Shown: positions 25,483 through 37,049, numbered from the whole stretch's first letter. The stretch: 63,588 nt of DNA, filler included, from Rhabdomonas costata (GCA_019059605.1; 40 parts of 40 records of this genome joined end to end with filler, not necessarily neighbours in it); one strand, 5' to 3'. Numbers and translations are program-made. The notes: generated from the letters alone by a model not told the origin.

Positions 25483-26747
25483 TTGGGCATAGCATCGCAG
25501 TCAGTGCTGGGCTATGTCCACCTGCTCGCGCAGCGGCTGCCGGGTAGTAATGGTAGTGGTGGTGGTGGTGGGGATGCTTCTGTTTCTTCCTGCTTTGCTG
25601 GAAGGGACTGGCAAGGTTTTCCTAAAGGGCATTGCATGGAAAAAAGACCTTCCTCCAGAAAAATAGGGGGCGAGGGAGAAAACCGATGGAGACTGGTCAG
25701 TTCGAAGGGCCGTGAACAGTCGAAGAGAGCTGCGCAACCTCAGAACTTTCACGGAAACGTGAGAGCCAAAGTCTTTTTCTTACTTAAGAGCAAGAGGGGG
25801 GAGGGGCACCGTCAGCTGCTGAGCCACGAGCTCCCTCGTCATGAACTCTGTGTTCAGCGGCCGCGGCGGGGAGCCCCCGGGGCTATCGTACACCACTTGC
25901 AGCCCCACCATTCGCTCCACAAGGCACCGGTACCTTGGGATAAAAGAAAGATTGAGCAACACTTCCCAGCAACACCTGTTGAAGTCGGAACTCATGATCT
26001 AATATTTCCCATGCGGGCATTTTGCCTACAGACAGAAATAGCAGACTTCAAGGCTTAAATACAGATTGGCTCATTAAAAGCCTCCTTTTTGCACAAGAAC
26101 TCTGATGTAAATGGTGGGCAAACTATGAGGGAGGGATCTACGCTCGTTAACATTCAATCCACATTCAGCAACCAGCAATGCCCAACTCAACGCCCACAAG
26201 GACGTGCAAACAAGCAATACTGCTTGTCTGCCTTCAGGTACAACCTCCAGTGCTCCGTCTCGGGCACTGGAACGAAACTCCCGACGTGCAGCCCCAGGTC
26301 TGAGTTAAAACCCTGTCTGGAAGGATGGTGAAATCGCAGTGAGGTGCAGAGTAACAAGCCACTTGCTAGGAGCTCTGCTAAAAGGCCACGTACATCAACT
26401 ACGTATATCAATCGATCGAGGACATTTTGCACGTCTGACAAAGGTACGCATAATGAAGAGCGCCGAGACCCGGAAGAGGATCATGCGACAAGCCCTTCAC
26501 ACACCTGCCGGTGCACAGAAACGCCAGGAGGTTCACCAACCCGCAGAGCTTCAGCAGGGGTTCAGCCCGCGTCAGCAAGAAAACCGGCACCCCCCGACTC
26601 CAGTCCTTTGAGAGACGCAACGGCTCCCCCATCAAAGCAGGAAGAAACAGAAGCATCCCCACCACCACCACCACTACCATTACTACCCGGCAGCCGCTGC
26701 GCCAGCAGGTGGACATAGCCCAGCACTGACTGCGATGCTATGCCCAA
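25483..26747. repeat. 115-bp inverted duplication (25483-25597 vs 26633-26747)
   Basis: The arms are reverse complements with one visible mismatch. The left arm starts at the contig edge. Confidence 0.9.
25810..25933 (-). CDS. PEX2: Peroxin PEX2 (Pex2/Pex12 N-terminal family) internal exon
   Basis: Boundaries cccaag|G...ACG|gtgccc. YRCLVERMVGLQVVYDSPGGSPPRPLNTEFMTRELVAQQLT matches the PEX2 pattern Y.SL.ER.LG...V.......R...FEYMNREL.W. Confidence 0.7.
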
Positions 26748-27104
26748 GCTTATAAAGAGCACAAGAAAGTAGACCTCCTCCCCTTCGCTTAAGACTGAGC
26801 CACCTCAAAACGCTTCCTGAAAAGTTATTCCATGCGTGCACAAAAAAGAGTGAGAGGAGAGTTGGACGGAAAAAATTCGGAAGGGCCGGAGAGACAGTGC
26901 CTGAAATTCAGTGAGAAAATTTAGGCGAAAAGATGAAGAATAGTAATGCGGACGAAATCACTCCAAAGCAACCNNNNNNNNNNNNNNNNNNNNNNNNNNN
27001 NNNNNNNNNNNNNNNNNTTAATTAATTAANNNNNNNNNNNNNNNNNNNNNNNNNNNNNNNNNNNNNNNNNNNNGGGTTGTGGGGGGACCTACTACTCCTG
27101 CCCC

Positions 27105-27331
27105 GAGGGGTTCGCCGTATACCCCGAGGGGCAGGAGTAGTAGGTCCCTCCACAGGTCGAGTAGCAGCATTCCCACAGGGAGCATACAGAGTAGCTGCAC
27201 GACGTGCTTAGGGGCTTTGCGGGGTATCCGTAGGGGCATGTGTACGCGGAGGGGCTGCCACAGGTTACCGCGGACGCTGCCGTGGCAAGCAGCCCCACGG
27301 CCAGAAGAGCACTGAGGGCGGGGGACCACAT
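27105..27331 (-). CDS. Secreted Cys-rich repeat protein, N-terminal part
   Basis: Signal peptide MWSPALSALLAVGLLATAASA, then repeats TC....YTCPYGY..KP...C....CS..ECC and TC...YYSCPSGY. The apparent stop lies inside the fold-back artefact (27084-27104 vs 27128-27148). Confidence 0.7.
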
Positions 27332-28326
27332 CGAAGGGATACCGCACTGAAAAGGGACGTGGGGTGAAGGAAAAAAGAAAGAGGGGGATGGAGGAAGGGC
27401 GAAAGATTGTGATGTCAGCTGTCAGCTGGAAAAGAAAAGCAGCAACACACCTGAGTTAACATGCAAGTACAGAAGGGCGAAGAAATGGGATGGTGGATTG
27501 ACTATTGGAAGAGGCCCGGAGATTTTTTCGAGGAACAAAAGGCCAAAGGGCCGAAACGCCGCTGAAAAACGCTGCACCCTTTCGTCGGTGTGCTTGCTTC
27601 CGCGACTTGACGCTTTTCTTTTGTCCTGCTTTTTACCGCCTCCCAAGCACCACCACCACCACCACCTCAACCACCCAAGAAAAAGAGAAAAGACCAGCGA
27701 GAGAATTGCTGAGTATGCGAGAATGATTTTTTGTTTGGTTTTTTGTTTGGTGCTAGCTTTTTTCCTGACGACGGCTTTTGTGGTGTTTTGGCACACTTCG
27801 CCAGAGCAAACCGAGAATCACGACAGGACCGTATTGACTCACTGGCGGCATTTTGAGTCAGGTTCACACCAATCCAGAGCACTTTGTGCGTTGCTGCATT
27901 CACAGAATATCCCTCCTCAATTCTCGGGAACCAGGAGAGGTGACAACACTACGCCATTGTGCCAACGGTAAGGTACAATTCTACGCCAAAATCTCGTGGT
28001 GAGGGTAAACGTGTACGTGCGGAAGTGCGCGCGTGTGGGGATCAGGTGTGAGGGGAGCATGCAACGCAGCCATCCAGCGGTGTTGAAAAACGCCAGTGCC
28101 CGAGGGGAACTCGAATGGAGTGGTGCAGCTGATCGACCTAATATCATCAGGGAAAGGGAGGAGGGGGCATGCTTCGGTTAGCGGTCGTCAAAGAAGCCTT
28201 CTTTCAAAGCGTCCAAGGGGCCAGTCACATGTCATCTTGGGCTGCAGTGCCACATGAAGGCGGTCTCAAAAGGAAAGCTTAAAACTCGGCGCAATGGCAA
28301 TGTCCGGTAGGGGCTGGGGTGGTGAT

Positions 28327-28553
28327 GGTAACCAGTGGTAACGTCTTTTCCCATGCGGCAACACATTAGAAAGTCATTAAAGCCCCCCCCCCCCGATTGC
28401 TCTCCTTCCTGGTCCTTAGGAAAGTCTACGGAACAGTTAATCTAACTCCCTTATATCTGAATGAAATTGGAGGCTGGCATCAGTTACGAAACTTTTCAAA
28501 GCCAGCAATAATTTTTGGCCAGTATGGCCAGTTTTCTGTTTCCACTGGCAACC
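28327..28553. mobile_element. Putative MITE with imperfect 16-bp terminal inverted repeats
   Basis: ggtaaccagtggtaac (28327-28342) vs gtttccactggcaacc (28538-28553), 13/16 complementary. A related motif occurs at 61050-61105. Confidence 0.35.
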
Positions 28554-28753
28554 GTAACCCCCNNNNNNNNNNNNNNNNNNNNNNNNNNNNNNNNNNNNNN
28601 NNNNNNTTAATTAATTAANNNNNNNNNNNNNNNNNNNNNNNNNNNNNNNNNNNNNNNNNNNNGGTGTGTGGGAATCACAGCAAGGCGGGGAAGTAGAACT
28701 AAAGTCTAACCGATGATGCAGCGCGCGCCGCAATATTGCGACAGCTTGCCCAC

Positions 28754-29474
28754 CCACACAGTGGCCCGAAGGTTGGTTGGGCCGTTAGCGGGCGGGCCCT
28801 CCCCAGCGCGGTACTGCTTCGTCAGCCGGACCACAGTATTTCCAGATTCGGGAGGCACTGAGGAGGAGGAGGAGGAGGAGGAAGGGGCCTCCACCCCACC
28901 CATGGGGGAGTGCACGACCGCCCCGTTAAGGGTGAACCGCCCATAGGCGTCCGCGCCTACCGCGCGGATCTCGCCCGCCTCCAGAAGCATATACAAGGGA
29001 TTCACCTGAGCGCAACCACAGGGGTCCGCTAGAATCTGACACAAAGGGGTTCCTTCAGGAAATGGCCTAAAGCAAAACAGCGAGTTAAACGCACAGGAAT
29101 ACAGTACAGGTTATTTTGCCTCCACTTGCCGAAAACGGTCTCAACGACAATTAGCGGTCGTTGAAGAAGAACGCTGGCAAAAAGAATGAAACACAAATCA
29201 AGGTCAAAAGTGTGCTTGAAAAAATATGAGAGGGAGAAAGGGAGGAGGTACCCACCTCCAGTGGCCAACGCGTGCCACTTGCAGGGTCGTCGATGTGCCC
29301 CTGCCACCGGCCCGTCTCTGTCGGGGTCAGCCCAGTGCGGAGGTTAGCCCCGGGGTTGAGGCTGCGGTCCGCGGTGAACCCGGCCAGGGTGTCGGGGAGC
29401 ACCCCCACGGCGGGCTCACACAGGGGGCACGGCGACGGCACCTCCCCGGTTGCCTCGCACTGCGGGCACTCCAC
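28754..29474 (-). CDS. Two exons of an unknown protein with a CxxC zinc-binding pair
   Basis: Exons 29474-29256 and 29005-~28754 join in frame: VECPQCEATGEVPSPCPLCE...RWPLE|VNPLYMLLEAGEIRAVGADAYGRFTLNG...VRLTKQY. Confidence 0.55.
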
Positions 29475-29762
29475 CTATCACGCACACATCCACATTGAGC
29501 TGGGTGTGTGGTTTGGATCCTGCCAGACACGAAATCGGCTCCATTCCATATTCACGGTATCCACGGTCTCGAGCAGTCTCGAAACTTGAAGTGATGGCAG
29601 AGAAAGGTCACACTCACGGGGCATTCTTCCACACGCACACACAAACGACCGCTGGGTTGAAGTGACTTCTTGCCATTTGCCAGTCACCGTAAGTGCTCGG
29701 ACATCAGCTGATGGTTTTTTCGGCTGCCCCGACCTCGGGCTTCAATTCGAATCGGGCTTATA

Positions 29763-29927
29763 CCGTGTCACCTCAAAAGTTAGAGCAGAAGGTAAAAAAA
29801 CAACAGCTCAAAAAACAAGCATTTTGAAATGTTCAGCTAAATCCCAGTTTTCACACGTTTTAGCTTCCAAATCCGACGACACCGATTTCAGTGCACACGT
29901 TTTGAGCTCAACTTTCTGAGGTGACGG
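29763..29927. mobile_element. 165-bp MITE, Tc1/mariner(pogo)-like, with TA target-site duplication
   Basis: TA|CCGTGTCACCTCAAAAGTTAGAGC ... GCTCAACTTTCTGAGGTGACGG|TA. The ~24-bp imperfect TIRs are flanked by TA on both sides and lie well inside the contig. Confidence 0.65.
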
Positions 29928-32237
29928 TATCCTATTTTTTAGGAACTGCAGTGCATTATGTGATATCCCTACTGGGTTTTCATCATATATTGGCAGGATG
30001 AAAACACCGCAGACAGAGTCATACCTTCATCACCCCAGATCCGCAAAAAACATTGCGAGGAGGACACCATTTCCGTGAATGCAAAATCAGAGTAGAAGGT
30101 GTCCCCCCTTCCACACACACACACACTCACTCACAAAAGGCCACATGAAAACTGNNNNNNNNNNNNNNNNNNNNNNNNNNNNNNNNNNNNNNNNNNNNTT
30201 AATTAATTAANNNNNNNNNNNNNNNNNNNNNNNNNNNNNNNNNNNNNNNNNNNNGTTGTGTGTGGCCCATAACGTATCGTTACCGTCGCACAGCTGTGGG
30301 TGTTCTGACAACAACCGTGAGGGGGGACTCAAGTGAAGAACTGGTCATCCGAACTGAACAACTCAGCTTGAGGAGTATGCGGAATAGTCATCGGAGTATG
30401 GGCAGGCTGCAATACGGGAATGTAAAACCGCCGTTAACCGAACACAGTTTCCTTTGCCTTCCCATATGTGGTGTCCGGCAGTGAACGTAAAGTAGTGCCA
30501 CCCCCCACCCCCTTCACAATCGGGGGGCTCACCTCACTCAAGGGAAACGACTTCTTCCGCAGGTGATGCCGCAGCCTAACCCTTCGGTGGCGAGAGCGGA
30601 TCAGAATCACCACCAGCCACGTGATGACCTGTGAAGGACCCACCGGTATCACAACGGTACCAAAGCGAAAGAGAGAATTGGAGCCCCTTGTTCTTCCGCC
30701 AGAGTCGATGCAGCAAGACACCCCAAAAGCAATAATTCGGGTAATATGGACCCGGAGTTGGAATTCGCAGGAACTGGGACTGAGCAAGACACACAAGATA
30801 ATACCCGGGTGGGAAATTGAAACCGGGAATTTTGGATTAATCTGAGCGATGGAATGGGTTTTGGCTTCTGCTTCGAAGCAAAGCTCCAAACAACACACTA
30901 AAGCCAGAAGAATGGAAGTAAATCGTTACAAACACTTTAACGACATCATCACCGGAGCCAGAAAAATCAAAAAGAACTCAGCCACAAACCACGGCACAGC
31001 AAGCCACGGGCAACAGAATCACGTGGAAGTACGCCATTGTGCGAGCTATCAAATGTATGGATGCTCTTGTCCACTTCGCGATCCCTTCAACAAGAAACTC
31101 ACAGAAGATCAGCACGTCTGCGAGTGAGAGAAAACCAAAATCAAAGAAGCCTCTCAATCTTTTTAATTCTTCGTTTCCCTTCCACCCTTGACTCTTAATT
31201 ACCATTCTTGCTGTACAGTGTCCTGCTATCTTCCCTCACCTCGTGCCCACTGCAAATATGGTTGAAAATTTTCGGAGATTATCCGGAGGTTATTTCCGGA
31301 GATTATCCGGTGCCCCCAGCATTCTATCGCCGTGGATACTCTTCCATGAAATGGTCACTACGTCTTGCATCGTTTCTAAGTTTCTAACAGCCCGAGCTTT
31401 TCCGAGAAGTAATTCGATTACAGACGAACCAGTAGATATACCTTATTGCATTTTTTTGAAGCACTTCGACCTTTGATTTTCCGCCATTCAGACTGTCCGC
31501 TCATCCCTTGCTCCAACAAAGCATTGCAAAATGTCTGTTCTCTGCTTTGCCCACGTAACTATCCCGATTGTGTTCGCGTTTTGTCACAAAACCATGACAT
31601 CAAAAAGTGTATCCACAGCGATACCTCCTGCCCTTCCCGCCAATTTCCACAGCTCCAAGGTGTATCAAAGTGGCAGTATCAAAGTACTCCACGAGTCGTT
31701 GTGCACCATAACCCTCACCAATGAAGAAAACAGACAAAAACTTTCCNNNNNNNNNNNNNNNNNNNNNNNNNNNNNNNNNNNNNNNNNNNNTTAATTAATT
31801 AANNNNNNNNNNNNNNNNNNNNNNNNNNNNNNNNNNNNNNNNNNNNGTTTTGTGGTGAGTGATCTGGTCAGCAGAGGGCAGACCGAGATATGCGGATATG
31901 TTTGGTTAAAGGGAATGTATGAAAAAACACCAAAAAAAGTTCAAAATAGAAAATTTTCATCCAAGTCTTCTATTTTGAACTTTTTTTGGTGTTTTTTCAT
32001 ACATTCCCTTTTCCCAAACATATCCGATATCTCGGTCTGCCCTCTGCTGACCAGATCACTCACTTTAAAACCATTATCACTGCCACATCTCTCATTGGTT
32101 CATCTCTGCCTGAAGCCCCCGATGCTGCAGCAGGTTCAAAGGAGAACACTAAACGAGGCGTCGTTTAGGAGCGAACTGAGGGGAAAAGGGCCTTCTGTCA
32201 TGACTATGAAGCAATCGCGAAGAGAGCGGGGCAGAAC

Positions 32238-33054
32238 CTCACGGCCTGGAGCTGGTGGGGGCGCAGGACCCTCACAAGGAAGGGGTCCACCCAGACGTCG
32301 TGCACAGGGACCTGCCGGGCGTCTACTGAGGGGTGCCCCTCGTTCAGAAGAACACGCTCTGCGGTGCTGCTCTCGGCATCCAGACGGAGTCTCTTCCGGG
32401 AGCTCTGCACACAATTTTTTCGGGGATCACAGGGTTTTGTCCGCAACCACTAAAACTCCATCACTCCCCTAGCACGACGCCCCTATCTCAACCGGACGAA
32501 CGAAGCGGGCCTTCGCGCAGTGCTGCAACCGCAACAAAACCCTCAACCCCTCGACCAAAAATGCAACGCACCGATCGGGTATAAGTACACGGCAAAGCAG
32601 CCATCTTCACGCATTTATGAGTGGCGAGTTTCGCAAACGACATGCACCGCCTTTTTCCCCTTACGAGACATGCATAACCTTCTCTCAAGGGTCACATCAG
32701 CATCTCTGACCCCCTGCAAGACTTAGCTTAGAAACCAATACCCTTAACCGCAACGCTTAAGCAAAAACCAGTATCATACCGAGGCCACCGACGAGCACGA
32801 CTCCTGCCGCGGGGGAAGACCATCCGCTATGGGCTCCCCTCGCCCCTCCTCAGCTTCTCTACTGGGGAGCGGAATGTTCACGGTGGGGCACTGATGGAGG
32901 GGCCTGCGGGAAGAGGCCCCGCCACGAGACGGAAACCCACCGCAAGGGCGGGAGGGAATCACGGCAGCCGTCGCCGTGGCAGCGGCGAGAAAGAGGCGGC
33001 CGCTGGCAAAGTCGTCCGCGCTGACCGCCCGAACAATTTCTAAGAGGTACTTAC
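32238..33054 (-). CDS. RAD54B: RAD54B/Rdh54-like SNF2 translocase, two exons
   Basis: Exon 33054-32780 contains EIVRAVSADDFASGRLF, like the RAD54B N-terminal ...DDFSSGRCF motif. It joins in frame to exon 32404-32238, which ends VWVDPFLVRVLRPHQLQAVR (start of the SNF2 domain). Confidence 0.8.
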
Positions 33055-35250
33055 CTGTGGAAGCGAATGTTGAGACGGTCCAGTTTGCAAAGAGCTCGAT
33101 GAAAGCGGAACGGATGCTTGAACTGGGCGAGCCAACTTGGATTGTTTTACATAAAAAATGCCGGGGAGTCACCAGCAAAGCCCCACTGTGCAGTTGAACT
33201 GGAAGCACCCCGCCAGATTTACTGGTCTTTCCCAGATCACCAAGCAGGAGGATAGGCAGGGAAGGAGGGACGCTGAAACCACGCCCTTGAAACTCTCGTA
33301 TATCATACACTCGACCGTAATATAATACCCACAACCCNNNNNNNNNNNNNNNNNNNNNNNNNNNNNNNNNNNNNNNNNNNNTTAATTAATTAANNNNNNN
33401 NNNNNNNNNNNNNNNNNNNNNNNNNNNNNNNNNNNNNGTTGGTGGGGTGTCACCTCTCCACCAAATCCTCTGAGGCGGTGTGCCTTTCACGCTGAGGTCC
33501 TAGTCCGTCACATGAAGCATGCGTAGTGTTTCAGCAAATGGCATGCGGAGTGCTGTATGAGTAGGATGTCTGCAGAATGCCCGAGTCCTAGGGAGTGCTT
33601 GACAATGATACATGAGGTGTGTCCCCGAAGCAGCCGACCGTTTCAGAGAGACCTGGTCTGCTGTGGACATTGCCTTGATTTTTTGTCCAATTATCTCGCG
33701 CATCTTTGCACTTTATTTTGTAAAGAATCAGAGTCTTGAGACAGTACTTTGTCCACTACTAGCACCATTTAGTTTTATTCGGTTTTAAACCTCATTTACC
33801 CAGCCACCCACCGGCATGAAACCATCCCAAGCGGATGATGCAATATTGCAGCCAGTGCCCGCCAGGGTAAAAGTAGAGCCGACACAGGCCGCTCCAGCGT
33901 TGTCTTCTGAGACACTTACAACATGTCCTTCGTCCACACCGGCAGCTCCGGTGTCTTTGAGGTATCTACAGTGTTGGAATCGTCCGCTACGATGTTCCGA
34001 TGCTCCGATAAACACTTTTCCTTGCTGTCCTCTGGAGCTTAAGAATCTTTCATCAGTGCGGACATTGTGCGTGAAGCAGGCTAAAAATCATTGCCTTTAA
34101 AGGCACAGATTCAATTCAAGGTCGAGAATATTAATATAGATAGCAACGCACTAAGTTCGCTTGCAAGGTAAGATAGGTTAGTTACAGGTGAGGCTTTTGT
34201 TGTGTGTGATTGAAAATTATCTTCCCATTGCGTTGGGATATTATTTCCTGCATAAAGTAAACCATTTTATTAACTGGGTTGAGAGGGCAGTGCAATTTAG
34301 GATTTGAAAGAAGCTTACTACTGTTCGGGTTTCAAAAGCAATCGGTAGTTCAGTACCATCTCTCACACACTCACTTAATATTTCTGATGATATACATAAC
34401 AAACAAATGAATGTCACTGAGACCGCTCAGGAACGTGTCGTTAGCCTGAGTCAACCGCTCTCGTGATAGGAACCCATCAGGCTGCTCCATAGACGTGTTC
34501 TGTGCAAGAGTCTTAAACTCTGGTGGTTAAATGACCACCGTCGCCGCGTGTTTTGACATGTATAGTGCATTACATGTGGAATTTGCCTCTGGAGAACATG
34601 CGCTCATTACCACAGACGTGGATTTTACCCTACAAACAGGCATTTATTGACGCACTGACCAGTTTTTGGGAGCGCAAGCACCACATATCGGTTGTAGCTG
34701 GAGTAATTGATCTCAACTACAGAGAAAATATAAATGTCTTGCTGTTAAACCACGGAATGATGGACTATAGCGTAAAGGAGCGTAATATTGTGGTACAATT
34801 GCTGTTGTAAAACGTTGCGACATCTACCGTGAGCTTGGTTCACAACTCCATGGATTGTGCGAGGTTTTTGAACCCCATAATGCTCCTGCCTCCTGGTGTT
34901 TTATAGCAGCTAACCACAGAAGTTAGAGANNNNNNNNNNNNNNNNNNNNNNNNNNNNNNNNNNNNNNNNNNNNTTAATTAATTAANNNNNNNNNNNNNNN
35001 NNNNNNNNNNNNNNNNNNNNNNNNNNNNNTGTAAAAAAAATTATTAATGTATATGTTTACATATTTTTTTTGTAAAACAATAAAATATTTTATAAAAAAG
35101 ATTATTGATTTCCCAATGTTTCATGAACCATAATATGCGCGCATACATAGTCAATATCAAAGTTAATGACATATACAATGACATAGTTAGTCACATAGTG
35201 ACTAACATAATTAATGACGACATTGGGGCTGTGGAAATAAGGATTTTTAT

Positions 35251-35290
35251 AAATTTTATTTTTAGATATTTAATATTAAAAATAAAATTT
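35251..35290. terminator. AT-rich hairpin like a Mimiviridae transcript 3'-end palindrome
   Basis: Perfect 14-bp arms aaattttattttta (35251-35264) and taaaaataaaattt (35277-35290), with a partly self-complementary loop, in the intergenic DNA of the AT-rich contig. Confidence 0.45.
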
Positions 35291-35418
35291 TTGTATCAGT
35301 AATAAGATATTAAAAAATGTATTTTTACATATAATTTAATATTTTAAAATACATGGTCTATATTCTCTTTATTTCACAGCCCAATGATTATTTAAAATTC
35401 AGAATTACACATTCAAAT

Positions 35419-35426
35419 AAAATTGA
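35419..35426 (+). promoter_or_regulatory. AAAATTGA octamer (Mimiviridae early-promoter motif)
   Basis: Exact AAAATTGA ending 61 nt upstream of the ATG at 35488. No Shine-Dalgarno before the ATG (context tcaacaATG). Confidence 0.6.
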
Positions 35427-35487
35427 AATTTTAAATGTTTATGATATAAAATAAAGAATAATAAGTATTTAATATCTTAAATCAACA

Positions 35488-36521
35488 ATGTCTAAAGTGA
35501 AGAATGATCAAGATCTCAAGAAACTATTTCATTCCATTCATGATTATATTCGAAATCAGGAAGCTTATTTTGGAATGATGGCCTTGAAGATATTTAATGT
35601 ATTGTATGCTTTGAAATTACTTGATCCACTTATTACTAATAAAAAACCATTTGAATATAAAGAAGATGGTGTTTGGAAGATACACGTATTTTCTGATTTT
35701 TGTTCATTTACATCATTAGTAAAAAAGTTAGAAACAAAAAATGATCAAAAAGTAAATATATCTCTAATATTAAAAGACATTTTAAATGAAATTTGTAGTA
35801 AACCGGGATTACGTGATACTATTTTTTATGAGATTCCTGATGAAATTAAAACGAATACTGTTGCTCATATAGTAAAAGAATTAGATCGAATTGATTATGA
35901 TGCAGATATAGGAGGAAAAATTTACGAATATTTTATTGGTCGAGATCAACGAGCAATCTCTGAACTAGGGGCTTTTTTTACAAATAGGCCTTTTATTAAA
36001 TTCATGATGAAAAAATTAAATCCTAAAATAAATAAAAAAAGAGAAATACCGTCATTCATGGACCCATTTGGAGGATCTGGTGGATTTCCAATTATGTATG
36101 TCCGACATTTACAAAAACAATCAAAAAATATAAACTGGAAAGAACAAATTAATAATTTATATCTTTATGATAACAATATAGATGTTGTTAAATCTGCAAG
36201 AATTGAATTATTAGCATTAACTGGACATATTCCTTATAATTTCAGTAAAAGACATTCATTTTATGAAAATATTGAAGAAAAAGTCGATTATATCTTTACT
36301 AATCCGCCATATGGTGGAGATAAGAAAACCGAGAAAATGAAACTATTGGATTGCAATGATCAAATAAAATCAATTGGATTAAAAAATAATAAAGTTGTAT
36401 TGCCTGGCGATAACAAAGAAAATCTATCAATGCAGTTAATGATGGCATTATTAAAGGATGAAGGAATTTGTTGTGTTGTTATGAAAGAAGGAATATTTTT
36501 CGATAATAAGTACAAAAAAAC
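35488..36521 (+). CDS. Type I restriction-modification HsdM-like N6-adenine DNA methyltransferase (3'-truncated), probably giant-virus derived
   Basis: Intronless ORF of >340 codons in DNA of roughly 20-25% GC (by eye). Motifs: GKIYEYF, GAFFTNR (motif X), DPFGGSGGF (SAM-binding motif I), TNPPY (catalytic motif IV), LKDEGICCVV. Confidence 0.9.
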
Positions 36522-36907
36522 NNNNNNNNNNNNNNNNNNNNNNNNNNNNNNNNNNNNNNNNNNNNTTAATTAATTAANNNNNNNNNNNNNNNNNNNNNNN
36601 NNNNNNNNNNNNNNNNNNNNNGGTGGGGGTGTATTGTCTGAGTCACCGTTCTGTATTTTTTCTTGAGCTGCCTGTTGGACGCTCGGCACAAGCGTGGTAT
36701 GGTTCAACCATCCTCGTCATGTGAACCATTAAACCGATCATTCTTTCCCTCGTGTTCTCGAATGGATGGGATGGTCCGGTTTTTTTCTGGGATTTGTGGC
36801 CTTTCCCAGTCTCCTTCAGTCAATTTCTTGGTACTGGGTGTGCCCTTCCGTTTTGGTAGGACTTTTTGCTTTTGTATCCTCTGTTGTGTGTTGTTGGGAA
36901 GGACGCC

Positions 36908-37049
36908 ATGCAGCCCTCGGGAAGCAGCTCGTCGCCTGCGCCCCGAGACAGGCTGGTGATAGTCTCGCGAGACTCTCAGCTCGCTATGATTCAGTCCAAT
37001 TATGTGAAGGACAGGCTGCACCACCTTTACCCCGCTCTGCAGGTCGAGC
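36908..37049 (+). CDS. hemC: Porphobilinogen deaminase (hydroxymethylbilane synthase), first exon
   Basis: MQPSGSSSSPAPRDRLVIVSRDSQLAMIQSNYVKDRLHHLYPALQVE matches the HemC N-terminal motif R.S.LA..Q...V...L...P.L.VE. The donor is either GT at 37043 or GC at 37050. Confidence 0.85.

Noticed and set aside
30255-31746. Intronless-looking contig with fragmented ORFs as a transposon remnant
   Set aside because: I could not identify any transposase, RT or integrase motif in the frames I read.
34385-34449. Possible box C/D snoRNA (TGATGA...CTGA...CTGA)
   Set aside because: No terminal stem or recognisable rRNA-complementary guide, and such boxes occur by chance.
33500-34810. Possible decayed non-LTR (CRE-like) reverse transcriptase on the minus strand
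   Set aside because: Only vague similarity (QVSLKRSAASGTHLMYHCQALP), many stops, and no recognisable YxDD or QG motif. It needs a TBLASTN/HMM search.
35030-37049. Physical linkage of the viral-like MTase to host hemC as evidence of integration
   Set aside because: They are separated by an artificial spacer, and contig order reflects size only.
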